A DNA stretch of 64,000 nt from an uncultured virus (IMG/VR IMGVR_UViG_3300022927_000016) (IMGVR_UViG_3300022927_000016), one strand, 5' to 3'. Positions 18,586 through 28,698 are shown, counted from the stretch's first letter. A program made the numbers and translations. Notes: generated from the letters alone by a model not told the origin.

Positions 18586-19829
18586 TTAAAACTCTCTATT
18601 ATTTTTGTAGTTGAATTTCCTTCTACTGTTGGAAAAATTTCAACAGGATATTCTTCATGTCCAACTACCGTTTCTATTGTATAGTCTCCGCCCTTAATAA
18701 TCAAGTCCGGATTGTATTTTTTTATTACATTTATAGGAGTGTCCTCATCAAAAATGATAACTTCATCTACCCACGGTAATAATTTTAAATTTATTTGTCT
18801 TTGTAACTGATTGTTAATTGGACGATTTTCGCCTTTTAATCTTTTTGTACTAGAATCACTATTAATGCCAACAACTAAGTATTGTCCTTTAGACTTTGCA
18901 AACTTTAGTAATTGAAAATGCCCTTCGTGTAATATGTCAAACACTCCATTGGTCCATACTAATTTTGATTTTAAATCATCCTTAGTAATAACTACAACTC
19001 CTCTACGTTCAACAGTCCTTGCCGCGGCATAGCAAGCCATCTTACAACATTCAGCAATTGACATATTTCTTTCAATGCCGTATGCAATAACAGATAGTAC
19101 AGTGTCACCTGCACCAGTAACATCAGCCACCTCGTGTACCGGTTCTTTAAAATGAAAATAATTTTTATTCTCATCAAGAACATGAATACCATTTGCTCCG
19201 TCAGTTACTACTAAATTTTTCCAGTTATACTCGTGCATTTTAAGTAATGCAATTTCTTTCCTAAACGTACCAAACCAAGATACATATTCTTTCATATTCG
19301 GTTTAACTAAAAAAGCACCTTTATAAAATTCAGGCTCTTGTTTAGGATCAACTAAAACCTTATCAGTCTTTTTAAGTAATTCTTTTACTGTATTTTTATT
19401 AATAGTACCTTTTGCATAATCACTAACACAAACAATATCAGATTGTTTAGTATCATTTACTAATCTTTTAAATCCTTCAGTACTATGAAATGTAGTTTCT
19501 CTATCCCAACGTAATAATTGCTGACCGTTATCACCAACTAGCCTTGTTTTAGTAGTAGTCATTGGTGAATCCATTGTAAGGTTAGAATGTAAATTAGTTA
19601 CATCAAGTAACTCAATAGCCTTGTATCCTTCTTTATCACAGGATAATGCACCATATAAACTAACATCTCCGTTAATAGAAGAAATATTTAATGCTAAGTT
19701 ACCGGCACCGCCAATACTATATGTTTGTTCTATTTCTTTTAAAATAGGAATAGGCGCTTCAGGACTAATTCTATCAGCATTACCAAAAATCCATCGATCT
19801 AGCATTATGTCGCCATATACTCTAATCAT
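18582..19829 (-). CDS. hldE: Bifunctional heptose-7-phosphate kinase / heptose-1-phosphate adenylyltransferase
   Basis: GDIMLD...RISPEAPIP, GGAGN, SDYAKG, VDPK, DVTGAGDT (PfkB) fused to TNGVFDILH.GH, NSD.S.KRLKG..RP, KGGDY, STT. Confidence 0.93.
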   Translation of the reverse strand: MIRVYGDIMLDRWIFGNADRISPEAPIPILKEIEQTYSIGGAGNLALNISSINGDVSLYGALSCDKEGYKAIELLDVTNLHSNLTMDSPMTTTKTRLVGDNGQQLLRWDRETTFHSTEGFKRLVNDTKQSDIVCVSDYAKGTINKNTVKELLKKTDKVLVDPKQEPEFYKGAFLVKPNMKEYVSWFGTFRKEIALLKMHEYNWKNLVVTDGANGIHVLDENKNYFHFKEPVHEVADVTGAGDTVLSVIAYGIERNMSIAECCKMACYAAARTVERRGVVVITKDDLKSKLVWTNGVFDILHEGHFQLLKFAKSKGQYLVVGINSDSSTKRLKGENRPINNQLQRQINLKLLPWVDEVIIFDEDTPINVIKKYNPDLIIKGGDYTIETVVGHEEYPVEIFPTVEGNSTTKIIESFK

Positions 19830-19832
19830 ATA

Positions 19833-20273
19833 TTAAGTCTCTAATAGGTTTACAACTTGGAATACTGTTTCTAGTTTTGTGATATTTGTTTTATTTTGAA
19901 GTGTATTACGTAATCCTTGGTGTAAAGGTTTTGGCCATTTTCCAAAACTAGCCCAAGCATACCCATCATGTTCGATATTAAGAGTTGGTAAGAATTCTTC
20001 TTTAACAACTATAAGGTATGTATGGAAATTAAACTTTTCGTCTGTGCTTACAAATGTTTCTAGGGGAATGGATTTTATAAACTTAGGTGTAGGACCTATT
20101 TCTTCGGAAATTTCTCTAGTAAGAGCATCAAATGGTGTTTCGCCAGAATTACTTCTACCACCTACTAATCCCCAAACTTGAGATTGTTTACTTTGAGTAC
20201 GGTGTAAGAATAAAAAACGTTTTGTGTTAAGGGCATAAAATAATGCACCACTACATGATATCTTCTGGCTCAT
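19833..20273 (-). CDS. Nudix hydrolase
   Basis: Nudix box GRSNSGE-TPFDALT-REISEEIG. Confidence 0.9.
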   Translation of the reverse strand: MSQKISCSGALFYALNTKRFLFLHRTQSKQSQVWGLVGGRSNSGETPFDALTREISEEIGPTPKFIKSIPLETFVSTDEKFNFHTYLIVVKEEFLPTLNIEHDGYAWASFGKWPKPLHQGLRNTLQNKTNITKLETVFQVVNLLET

Positions 20274-20285
20274 ATATATAGTTAT

Positions 20286-21704
20286 TTAAAACTGTATACG
20301 CCAAGTGCCGTTTCGATATTCGCCTTCGAATGATAAAACCCATTCACTGCCAGTCCATTTATATTGGACTCCAGTATTTAAGTTAGTAGTGTATTTGATA
20401 TTTGTTTCAGTACTTGAATCAAATAATACTTCCCATTTCGAACCTGTCCATTCAATAATATCATTTTCGCCTGCAATAAGATCAGTGTTATCGGTGTTTT
20501 TCCAAGCAACCGGACCACTAGCATTACTAGCATCACCGATACTACCTAACAGTAATATTCTTACTCCTGGATTTTTAATATTTGATGGATTATAAGTTTT
20601 TGGATCGATAATATAATCAATTTTATTTCTATCGCCAGTTGAGCCTGCAATAACCGTGTCACTAGGAATAGTATCACTATCCCAAGTAATTGCTAGTTTA
20701 GTATCATCATTAGGATTAATTGCAACAGTACCATTAATACTTTGTGATATGTCTTGTCTTGTAAGTTGTAGTTGACTCACACCAGACGTAAATGATCCTG
20801 GTAATGAATCTAACAATTCAGTCCACGGAGTGGAACCAACTACACCTCTATAAATTAATTGTGCTTCGTTACCCATTACAAGTAAATCATAATTATTATA
20901 CGCAGTAATAGCAAGGCCAGCAGTATCTTTTCTAGTAGCAGGTTGATTATTATCCGGCTGTGTAGGTTGTTCTGCAAGTTCGTCATTATATCGTTTAAAC
21001 TCAGGAGTTGATTCTCCTAAGTCAATAGTTCCGTTGTCTTCGTTAAAGATGCTCATAATAACACTTGTAATAACTCCAAGTTTTTTAACTTTTGCAGGCG
21101 GACTAATATAGATAGGAGTTGTAAATTGTAAACTTCCAACGTCAATCTCACTTTCAGTACCTGTTGGAATACTTCTACCACTCCAAGTAACACCATCTAG
21201 ATTTACTACACTTAAACTAGTCCAGTCGATATAATTATCAGTTGTTTGAATCTCTAAACTAGGATTAAACAACATTAGGATCTGCTCCATAATTTGTAAT
21301 TTTTGATCTGTATTAGTTGACCAAATATCTGCTGTTACTTGTAATGTATAAGGAGTTGGCATTAAACGTTCTACTGTAACATTTTTACCTTGTGTATTTA
21401 AATATTCGTTATTATCTTCATCATATGCACGTTCACGCAAATGAACCTTGCTTACGTGTGTAGCATCTGCTAATCGATCACGATCTAATTCTAAACCAGT
21501 CATATAAACTGCTATGCGAGGAGCACTTGGAATTTTATTTTCAGAATTATCTCTAAGGATATGTCCTACTTGTCTAGTAATGTCGCCGTACATAACAGGA
21601 ATTTGTCTTAAATTCCCATCGCCATCCTTATAAGAAAAATTACTCATAAGTCTAATCAACTGAGTAATGTATCTTCTTATTTGTCCATCATAAAAATGTT
21701 GCAT
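20286..21704 (-). CDS. Tail completion / sheath stabiliser, T4 gp15-like with C-terminal extension
   Basis: HFYD.QIRRY..., IPVMYG, PR.A, P.PY.L......DQ.LQI.EQI...FNP pattern of gp15; adjacent to neck genes. Confidence 0.75.
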   Translation of the reverse strand: MQHFYDGQIRRYITQLIRLMSNFSYKDGDGNLRQIPVMYGDITRQVGHILRDNSENKIPSAPRIAVYMTGLELDRDRLADATHVSKVHLRERAYDEDNNEYLNTQGKNVTVERLMPTPYTLQVTADIWSTNTDQKLQIMEQILMLFNPSLEIQTTDNYIDWTSLSVVNLDGVTWSGRSIPTGTESEIDVGSLQFTTPIYISPPAKVKKLGVITSVIMSIFNEDNGTIDLGESTPEFKRYNDELAEQPTQPDNNQPATRKDTAGLAITAYNNYDLLVMGNEAQLIYRGVVGSTPWTELLDSLPGSFTSGVSQLQLTRQDISQSINGTVAINPNDDTKLAITWDSDTIPSDTVIAGSTGDRNKIDYIIDPKTYNPSNIKNPGVRILLLGSIGDASNASGPVAWKNTDNTDLIAGENDIIEWTGSKWEVLFDSSTETNIKYTTNLNTGVQYKWTGSEWVLSFEGEYRNGTWRIQF

Positions 21705-22867
21705 TAATTATCTGCCTTAGGTCTAAGTGCTTGTGAAAGACTTTGTCTTTCTTCTACTTGTTCACCATTAATATCTGATGTTTTAGTATTATTAATAAAG
21801 TCTGTCTTATATGTATTTCTATCATTAGTATTTGTCATAGTCATACGTACTTGATCTTCCATCTTAACCCATCTTGTTCCATCGAAGCGGAATAAGCGTT
21901 TAGGCAAAAAGTCTGTTCTTAAATAATAGTCACCTTTAGTAGTAGTTAGCGGGAATGATGTTCCAAAACCAAATGCTTCACCGTTAGGCGGAATACCGTC
22001 ACCGATTAAGTAACCTTGATATCCTTCTCTTTCTGGTGTTTCGTTTACTCTACTTGCATCAATGTTACCATTAGCAATACTAGCATCAATAAGTGTTTCG
22101 TCTGCACCCACAAGTTCTGGCTTACCTTCTGCATCAACTTGTAATGTATAAAGAGATGTTGTATCATAACCTGACTTAGGTGCATCGGCTTCTGCTTGAT
22201 CTAATATAGCATTATTAATTTGCATTTCTTTTTCGTATGTACTAAGCACATCACGTAATGTATTAGTACTTCCTTCTTCTGCCGGTAAATCAAGTATATC
22301 TTTAAACTCTTGAGAGTCAACTATTTGTTTTAATTTAACTCTATATAAATGTGGATACCAAGTTTGTGTAAATCCTTCTGCGGCCCTGTTTACATCTTCT
22401 ACAACATAAAAACGTTTCAATGCTACACTATAATCATTAAGTGCATTTTCGTCTTTTAAGTGAGGTAATTCAAATACGTCACCTGGCATTACTTTTCTGC
22501 CTAACGTTTTTACACTATAATTGATCGGTATGGTCATAAACAATGTGTCGTTGGTTAAGAATAAACCAAATTGGCTCATATCAAAGTCAACATCTTGTAC
22601 ATTGTAAATACCTCGAATTACGTAAACATCTGGATCATATTTTCTATCACGGTTTTCCATGAATAACATATCTTGAATGTTAGTTTCTTTTACAGCATCG
22701 TAATGAGGCTGTGACGGAGTAGCATCTGCTTCGTCTGGGTTTTTAGGGCCTAAATATTTGTGAACAAATACGTCAGTTCCGCCAACAGTAAACATTTCTG
22801 TTACTGTTCTGTCTAGGAACTCGTAATCGTTGCCCTTTTCTGGTTTGTATAAACTTATCCTTGGCAT
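21704..22867 (-). CDS. Neck / head-closure protein, T4 gp14-like
   Basis: E.FTVGG.DV.., SQFGL, ..GD.FELP, F.VVE pattern; lies between gp13- and gp15-like genes. Confidence 0.65.
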   Translation of the reverse strand: MPRISLYKPEKGNDYEFLDRTVTEMFTVGGTDVFVHKYLGPKNPDEADATPSQPHYDAVKETNIQDMLFMENRDRKYDPDVYVIRGIYNVQDVDFDMSQFGLFLTNDTLFMTIPINYSVKTLGRKVMPGDVFELPHLKDENALNDYSVALKRFYVVEDVNRAAEGFTQTWYPHLYRVKLKQIVDSQEFKDILDLPAEEGSTNTLRDVLSTYEKEMQINNAILDQAEADAPKSGYDTTSLYTLQVDAEGKPELVGADETLIDASIANGNIDASRVNETPEREGYQGYLIGDGIPPNGEAFGFGTSFPLTTTKGDYYLRTDFLPKRLFRFDGTRWVKMEDQVRMTMTNTNDRNTYKTDFINNTKTSDINGEQVEERQSLSQALRPKADN

Positions 22868-22872
22868 AGTAA

Positions 22873-22910
22873 TAGTATTTATCGTTAGATAATCGTTCGC
22901 ATAAATACTA
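22873..22910. promoter_or_regulatory. Divergent pair of late promoters forming a 10-bp inverted repeat
   Basis: tagtatttat (22873-22882) ... ataaatacta (22901-22910) between divergent neck genes. Confidence 0.7.
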
Positions 22911-22926
22911 ATGGAGACTGAAACTT

Positions 22927-23676
22927 ATGGCGACACAAAAACAAGAAATATTCGATTATGTAGCGGCTATGCTAGGAAGTGGCATGGTTGATGTTGAACT
23001 AGATCCAGTACATTATGAAGTAGGATTGCAAGCGGCATTTGACAAATATCGTCAACGTTCAGATAATTCTGTAGAAGAATCTTATGCATTCTTAACTACT
23101 GTAATTGATCAGAACGAGTATACTTTAGATCCAAACATTATGGAAGTTCGCCAAATTTTCCGTAGATCAATTGGGTCAAGAACAGGTGGTGGTGATGGCG
23201 GAACATTGTTTGAGCCGTTTAACTTAGCCTATACAAATACATACTTGCTATCTAGTTCAAATATGGGTGGACTAGCAACTTATAATATGTTTGCAAGTTA
23301 TCAAGAACTTGTAGGACGTATGTTTGGATCATTTATTGAATTTAAATGGAACAACACTACTAAAAATCTTACAATTCTTCAACGTCCTAGAGCAGAAGAA
23401 GAATTACTTTTATACTGTTACAATAAACGACCTGATTCAGAAATATTAAATGACTATCTAGCAAAGCAATGGATTAAAGATTATACACTTGCTAAGTGTA
23501 AGTATATGCTAGGTGAAGCACGTAGTAAATTTGCTACTATTGCTGGTCCACAAGGAGGTTCAACTCTAAATGGCGATGCACTAAAAGCAGAAGCACAGGG
23601 CGAAATGGAAAAATTAGAACAAGATCTAATGACCAATGTTGCCGGCGGCGTTGGCTACGGCTTTACAATTGGCTAG
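22927..23676 (+). CDS. Neck protein, T4 gp13-like
   Basis: LG...VDVEL, WIKDY.LA..K...G..RSKF.....P.GG..LNG..L..EA..E.E.L motifs. Confidence 0.85.
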   Translation: MATQKQEIFDYVAAMLGSGMVDVELDPVHYEVGLQAAFDKYRQRSDNSVEESYAFLTTVIDQNEYTLDPNIMEVRQIFRRSIGSRTGGGDGGTLFEPFNLAYTNTYLLSSSNMGGLATYNMFASYQELVGRMFGSFIEFKWNNTTKNLTILQRPRAEEELLLYCYNKRPDSEILNDYLAKQWIKDYTLAKCKYMLGEARSKFATIAGPQGGSTLNGDALKAEAQGEMEKLEQDLMTNVAGGVGYGFTIG

Positions 23677-23683
23677 ATTCAAC

Positions 23684-23712
23684 TTGACATCCTTCACATA
23701 AGATTATATACT
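23684..23712 (+). promoter_or_regulatory. Sigma70-type early/middle promoter
   Basis: TTGACA-17 nt-TATACT upstream of dNMP kinase with aaggag SD. Confidence 0.8.
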
Positions 23713-23737
23713 ATATACTTCTAATAAGGAGTTTTAT

Positions 23738-24349
23738 ATGATCATCGGCATTTGCGGTTTAATCGGTTCTGGTAAAGATACAGTTGCCCAATATCTTATT
23801 GATAATCACAATTTTCAAAAAATCTCGTTTGCAGACAAATTAAAAGATTCTGTTGCTGTTATGTTTGATTGGGATAGAGAATTACTTGATGGAAAAACAG
23901 ATGAATCAAGACAATGGCGAGAGACGCAAGACGACTATTGGACTAAAGAAACTGGACGTACAATTACTCCACGCAAAGTGCTTCAAGAATTTGGCACAGA
24001 ATGTATGCGTAACGGATTCTATGATGGAATTTGGGTTAGTTTAACTAAGAAAATACTAATAGATAATAAGAATACAAACTTTGTTATACCTGATGTACGG
24101 TTTCCTAACGAAGCACTAATGCTTACAAAAATGGGCAGTGAATTATGGCGTGTTCGAAGAGGAGCAGATCCTGTATGGTTTAGAATGTATCAAGATATCG
24201 GAGTTGAACCAAAGGATGTTCATGCATCTGAATGGGCATGGGCAAATTCAAACTTTACACAAATTATTGATAACAACAGTACACTTGATGATCTTAAAAA
24301 TCAGGTGAAAGGTCACCTTGCTTCCACTTCACACCTTTCCGTTGCATAG
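23738..24349 (+). CDS. Deoxynucleoside monophosphate kinase (T4 gp1-like)
   Basis: IIGICGLIGSGKDT P-loop, SFADKLKD, TPR..LQ.FGTE..R, DVRF.NE, HASE. Confidence 0.92.
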   Translation: MIIGICGLIGSGKDTVAQYLIDNHNFQKISFADKLKDSVAVMFDWDRELLDGKTDESRQWRETQDDYWTKETGRTITPRKVLQEFGTECMRNGFYDGIWVSLTKKILIDNKNTNFVIPDVRFPNEALMLTKMGSELWRVRRGADPVWFRMYQDIGVEPKDVHASEWAWANSNFTQIIDNNSTLDDLKNQVKGHLASTSHLSVA

Positions 24350-24626
24350 CAATTTGACAGTTAGCACAAATAGTTTTTAAATTAGCAGGTCTACAATTTT
24401 CTAAGTTTCCGTCTATATGATAGACTCTTAATTGTTCTTTATATTCTGCTTTAAACCCGCATTTTTCACATTCGGGTTTTTGTCGATATCCTGATTGATG
24501 CCATCGAGGTTTCTTAGGTGTTCCGTTGCGTAAACATCTATCACATTTAGTTCTATAAAACGTTTTGTTGTGTTTTTTATAATTAACGGCTACAGGCCTC
24601 TGTCCACAACTGCATAAAGGTCTCAT
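24294..24626 (-). CDS. Zn-binding HNH-like protein
   Basis: CxC, CxxC, CxxC then HIDGN..N....NL..ICANC; TAAATA 4 nt before ATG. Confidence 0.7.
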   Translation of the reverse strand: MRPLCSCGQRPVAVNYKKHNKTFYRTKCDRCLRNGTPKKPRWHQSGYRQKPECEKCGFKAEYKEQLRVYHIDGNLENCRPANLKTICANCQIAMQRKGVKWKQGDLSPDF

Positions 24627-24693
24627 ATTGTATTTAGCATACCTTTTTCTGCCCTTTTTCGACGGTAATATAATGTCCTTTTTGAGTGAAACA

Positions 24694-24701
24694 TATAAAT
24701 A
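24694..24701 (+). promoter_or_regulatory. T4 late promoter TATAAATA
   Basis: Exact T4 late consensus upstream of tail sheath gene, followed by aggag SD. Confidence 0.85.
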
Positions 24702-24744
24702 CTATTGACAGAACAAAGTTTAAAGTTCAACAGGAGAACACAAG

Positions 24745-27700
24745 ATGGCAAACTTAGTATCACCAGGAGTATCGGTCAGCGTAATTGACGAAAGTTTTTA
24801 TACGCCCGCTGAGCCAGGTACTACCCCAATGATTTTCGTTGCTACTGCACAGGATAAAGCCAATGCAAGTGGCACAGGTACAGCAAGAGGAACTACACAA
24901 GCAAATGCAGGTGTACCTTTCTTGTTAACATCGCAAAGAGATCTTTCAGAGACTTTTGGCGATCCGTTATTTTATACAGATAACAACAACAATCCAATTC
25001 ACGGTGGAGAACTTAATGAATACGGATTGCAAGCGGCATACTCATACTTAGGCGTAAGTAACAGAGCGTGGGTCGTAAGAGCAGATATTAATCTAGGCGA
25101 ACTGCAAGCGAGTGCAACAGCACCAGCGGCTGATCCAGAAGATGGAACACAATGGTTCGACACACAAGTTTCAAAATTTGGTATTTTTGAATGGAATGGT
25201 AACTCTGTATCATCTACAGGCGGACAAACGTTCACTAACAAAGTACCTACAGTAATTACAGACAATACTAAACTAGTAGGTAATAGCAATACTGGCGTTC
25301 CGAAGACTTCTGTTGGACAGGCGGGCGACTATGTTGTTGTTGCAACAACTACTATAAACAAAGTATACTATAAAGCATCTACAGGTGAATGGGTTAAAGT
25401 AGGTTCTGACAATTGGGTAGCATCTTGGCCCACAGTTGTTGGTACTGTAAGCAATCCAACTTTCACAGGTGACTTTACTATCAATGGTACAACAGTTACT
25501 GGTGGTGGAACACTTGCAGACTTAGTTTTAGACATTAATAACGATGCTACTTTACAAACAGCAGGTATTACTGCTAAAGCAGTTAACAGCAAGTTAGAAA
25601 TTTATTCAACAGGTGTAGCAGTTGTTATTGCTGATCCAAACAGCAACATTGTTGCAGGATTAGGTTTAACAGCGGCAACTTACCAAGCACCGAAATTAAG
25701 TATTGCTCCGCATACAAGCATTCCAGAATACAAGTCAACAGATACTAATCCACGTCCAAGTGGATCTGTTTGGTTTAAGACTACAGATGCTAACCAAGGT
25801 GCAAACTTAAATGTTAAAACATTTAACGCAACAACTGGTTTGTGGGAAAAGAAAGATGTTCCGATTTATGCGAACAACGCTTCTGCACTAGAAAAACTAG
25901 ATTCAACAGGTGGTGGCAAGAACTTATCAATTGATACTTACTATGCACAAACTAATGTTGTTGAAGGTAGTGACGCAGAGTTTGATTTTAAAATCTTCAA
26001 ACGTGCAACGGCTGGATCAACAGCAGTTGTATCAAGCATTATTCCTTCAAGTGGTGTTGCGGCAAGCACATATACATTTACAGTGGCTGAAACACTAGTT
26101 AATGATGCAGACTTTACTACACCAGTAACAGTTAGCATAATTACTACTGGCGCGGCAGGCGACGCTGATGAAATTGCAGGACAAATTAACTCAGCAGGTT
26201 TAACAAATGTTATTGCTTCAGTTGACGCACAGAACAGAGTTGTTATTGAACATACATTAGGCGGTGATATTAGATTTGTTGACACAGACGGATTGCTTAA
26301 CCTTATTGGTTATGCACCTTACGTAAGTGCAACATCTGGTACTGCTAACTTATACTTTGTTCCAGGTACAGACGGTGATACAAATCCAGAACAGTACATG
26401 GCATCAAACTGGAGAGTATTATCATATACTGCAAGTGAAGATGCTCCAAATGCACTAGCATCAGATGGTCAACTATGGTACAATTCAATTGTTGACGAAG
26501 TTGATATGCTAATTCATAATGGTACTAACTGGGTAGGTTATCAAAATTATCAGTCAGGTAGCATTGATTACGCCGACACTTCACCAGCAGGTCCAATTGT
26601 TTCAGCAACTGAGCCAACACAACAATCAGATGGTTCTGATTTAGTTGAAGGTGATCTTTGGATTTCAACAGCAGACTTAGAAAATTATCCACTAGTTTAT
26701 CAGTATAACTTTACTACTAAAAAGTGGACACTAAGAGATAGTTCAGATCAATCAACTGACAACGGTATTTTATTTGCAGATGCACGTTATAATACAGCAG
26801 GTGCAAATAGTGACGAAGCAGGTGATATTACAGATCTACTAGCAAGCGATTACTTAGATCCAGACGCTCCAGATCCAGCATTATATCCAAAAGGTATGTT
26901 GCTTTGGAATTTAAGACGTTCAGGATTTAATGTTAAGAAATTTGTACGTAACTACATTGACACTACAGAAGATAACGGACGTGGTAGCGATGATGGTTCT
27001 TCAATGGATGCTTACTATCCACACAGATGGGTAACTGAAAGTGCTAACCAAGCAGACGGTTCAGGTTCATTTGGTAGAAAAGCACAGCGTAAAGTTATTG
27101 TACAATCATTCCAAGCAATGGTTAATAGCAATGATGACATTAGAGATAATGAATCACGTATCTTTAACTTAATGGCAACACCAGGATATCCAGAACTAAT
27201 TGGCGAAATGATTTCACTAAACTATGACAGAGGCTTAACTGCGTTTGTTGTTGGTGATTCTCCATTCAGACTAAAAAGCGATGGTACTACATTAAACAAC
27301 TGGGCAACTAACGTTGCAGGTGCAGTTGAAGATAATGATCAAGGTCTAGTAAGTAATGACGAATACCTAGGTATTTTTTACCCAAGTTTATTCACAAGCG
27401 ACAATGCAGGAAATAACGTAGTTGTTCCAGCATCGCATGGTATACTAAGAACTATTGCACTAAGTGACAATGTTTCTTATCCATGGTTTGCACCAGCAGG
27501 AACTAGAAGAGGCGGCATTACAAATGCTACTTCCGCAGGTTACATTGATGCAGAAGGTGAATTTAAAACTGTTGCACTTAACGAAGGTCAAAGAGATACA
27601 TTGTACAGCAGTGCAGTTAATCCGATTACATTCTTAACTGGTTCTGGACTTGTTAACTTTGGTCAAAAGACAAGAGCAAGAAACGCTAGTTCTTTAGATA

Positions 27701-28014
27701 GAATTAACGTTGCACGTTTAGTAATTTACTTACGTTCACAATTGAACAAACTTGCTAAACCATATATCTTTGAACCTAATGATAAGATCACTAGGGATGA
27801 GATTAAACAGCAAGTTGATAGTTTAATGCTAGAACTTGTAGGACAAAGAGCGTTATATGATTTCCTAGTAGTGTGTGATGAATCAAACAACACACCAAAT
27901 AGAATTGATCGTAACGAGTTATATGTAGATATAGCGATTGAACCAGTAAAAGCAGTAGAATTTATTTACATTCCACTAAGACTTAAAAATACTGGTGAGA
28001 TAGCGGGCCTATAA
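24745..28014 (+). CDS. Tail sheath protein (gp18-like)
   Basis: LVSPGVSVSVIDES, FGDP, PWFAPAG..RG, INVARL, FEPND..TR, CDESNNTP..ID.NEL..DIAIEPVK..EFI. Confidence 0.95.
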   Translation: MANLVSPGVSVSVIDESFYTPAEPGTTPMIFVATAQDKANASGTGTARGTTQANAGVPFLLTSQRDLSETFGDPLFYTDNNNNPIHGGELNEYGLQAAYSYLGVSNRAWVVRADINLGELQASATAPAADPEDGTQWFDTQVSKFGIFEWNGNSVSSTGGQTFTNKVPTVITDNTKLVGNSNTGVPKTSVGQAGDYVVVATTTINKVYYKASTGEWVKVGSDNWVASWPTVVGTVSNPTFTGDFTINGTTVTGGGTLADLVLDINNDATLQTAGITAKAVNSKLEIYSTGVAVVIADPNSNIVAGLGLTAATYQAPKLSIAPHTSIPEYKSTDTNPRPSGSVWFKTTDANQGANLNVKTFNATTGLWEKKDVPIYANNASALEKLDSTGGGKNLSIDTYYAQTNVVEGSDAEFDFKIFKRATAGSTAVVSSIIPSSGVAASTYTFTVAETLVNDADFTTPVTVSIITTGAAGDADEIAGQINSAGLTNVIASVDAQNRVVIEHTLGGDIRFVDTDGLLNLIGYAPYVSATSGTANLYFVPGTDGDTNPEQYMASNWRVLSYTASEDAPNALASDGQLWYNSIVDEVDMLIHNGTNWVGYQNYQSGSIDYADTSPAGPIVSATEPTQQSDGSDLVEGDLWISTADLENYPLVYQYNFTTKKWTLRDSSDQSTDNGILFADARYNTAGANSDEAGDITDLLASDYLDPDAPDPALYPKGMLLWNLRRSGFNVKKFVRNYIDTTEDNGRGSDDGSSMDAYYPHRWVTESANQADGSGSFGRKAQRKVIVQSFQAMVNSNDDIRDNESRIFNLMATPGYPELIGEMISLNYDRGLTAFVVGDSPFRLKSDGTTLNNWATNVAGAVEDNDQGLVSNDEYLGIFYPSLFTSDNAGNNVVVPASHGILRTIALSDNVSYPWFAPAGTRRGGITNATSAGYIDAEGEFKTVALNEGQRDTLYSSAVNPITFLTGSGLVNFGQKTRARNASSLDRINVARLVIYLRSQLNKLAKPYIFEPNDKITRDEIKQQVDSLMLELVGQRALYDFLVVCDESNNTPNRIDRNELYVDIAIEPVKAVEFIYIPLRLKNTGEIAGL

Positions 28015-28046
28015 CATGATAAATAATATTAATAGGAGCAAATAAA

Positions 28047-28676
28047 ATGGCAATTTCATCACTCTCAAGATTAACAGTGCCTTTGGATAGTAACGCGAGT
28101 TCTTCCGCTCAAGGTTTGTTAATGCCAAAACTGCAATACCGCTTTAGGGTATCGCTAGAAAACTTTGGTGTAAGTACACCAACTACTGAATTAACCAAAC
28201 AGGTAGTTGATGTTACAAGACCTAACGTTTCATTCGAACAGATTACACTTGATGTATATAACTCACGTGTGTACCTAGCAGGTAAACACACTTGGGAACC
28301 AATTACACTTAACTTACGTGAAGATGTTTCAAACAATGTTCAGAAACTTGTAGGCGAGCAACTACAGAAGCAATTCGACTTCTTCGAACAGTCGAGTGCG
28401 GCTTCAGGCGCGGATTACAAATTCGTTACACGTATCGAAATTTTAGATGGTGGTAACGGAGCGAATACGGCAAGTGTGCTAGAGACTTTTGAATTGTACG
28501 GTTGTTATCTTGAGAGTGCAAACTACAACTCATTAGCGTATTCAACTAATGATCCTGTAACTGTTGCACTATCTATTAGATACGATAACGCAATTCAAAC
28601 ACCACAAGGTACTGGTATTGGTACTGCTGTAGGCAGAACTGTAAATACTCTAGTTACTGGCGGTGGCGCAAGTTAA
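28047..28676 (+). CDS. Tail tube protein (gp19-like)
   Basis: Directly after sheath; RP..SF......N......GK..W..I, ...L.GC....Y.........L.YD tube pattern; late promoter and aggag SD. Confidence 0.85.
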   Translation: MAISSLSRLTVPLDSNASSSAQGLLMPKLQYRFRVSLENFGVSTPTTELTKQVVDVTRPNVSFEQITLDVYNSRVYLAGKHTWEPITLNLREDVSNNVQKLVGEQLQKQFDFFEQSSAASGADYKFVTRIEILDGGNGANTASVLETFELYGCYLESANYNSLAYSTNDPVTVALSIRYDNAIQTPQGTGIGTAVGRTVNTLVTGGGAS

Positions 28677-28698
28677 TTAAAGTTTTAATTAAAAATAT

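Noticed and set aside
16672..19829. hldE/hldD block (and the GT island) as host chromosomal LPS DNA or a chimeric join
   Set aside because: Same composition as the flanks, overlaps or tight coupling with phage genes, and phage late-promoter motifs upstream.
24640..24685. Three CCTTTTT copies between the HNH-like and sheath genes
   Set aside because: Short, unevenly spaced and plausible by chance in AT-rich DNA; no supportable function.
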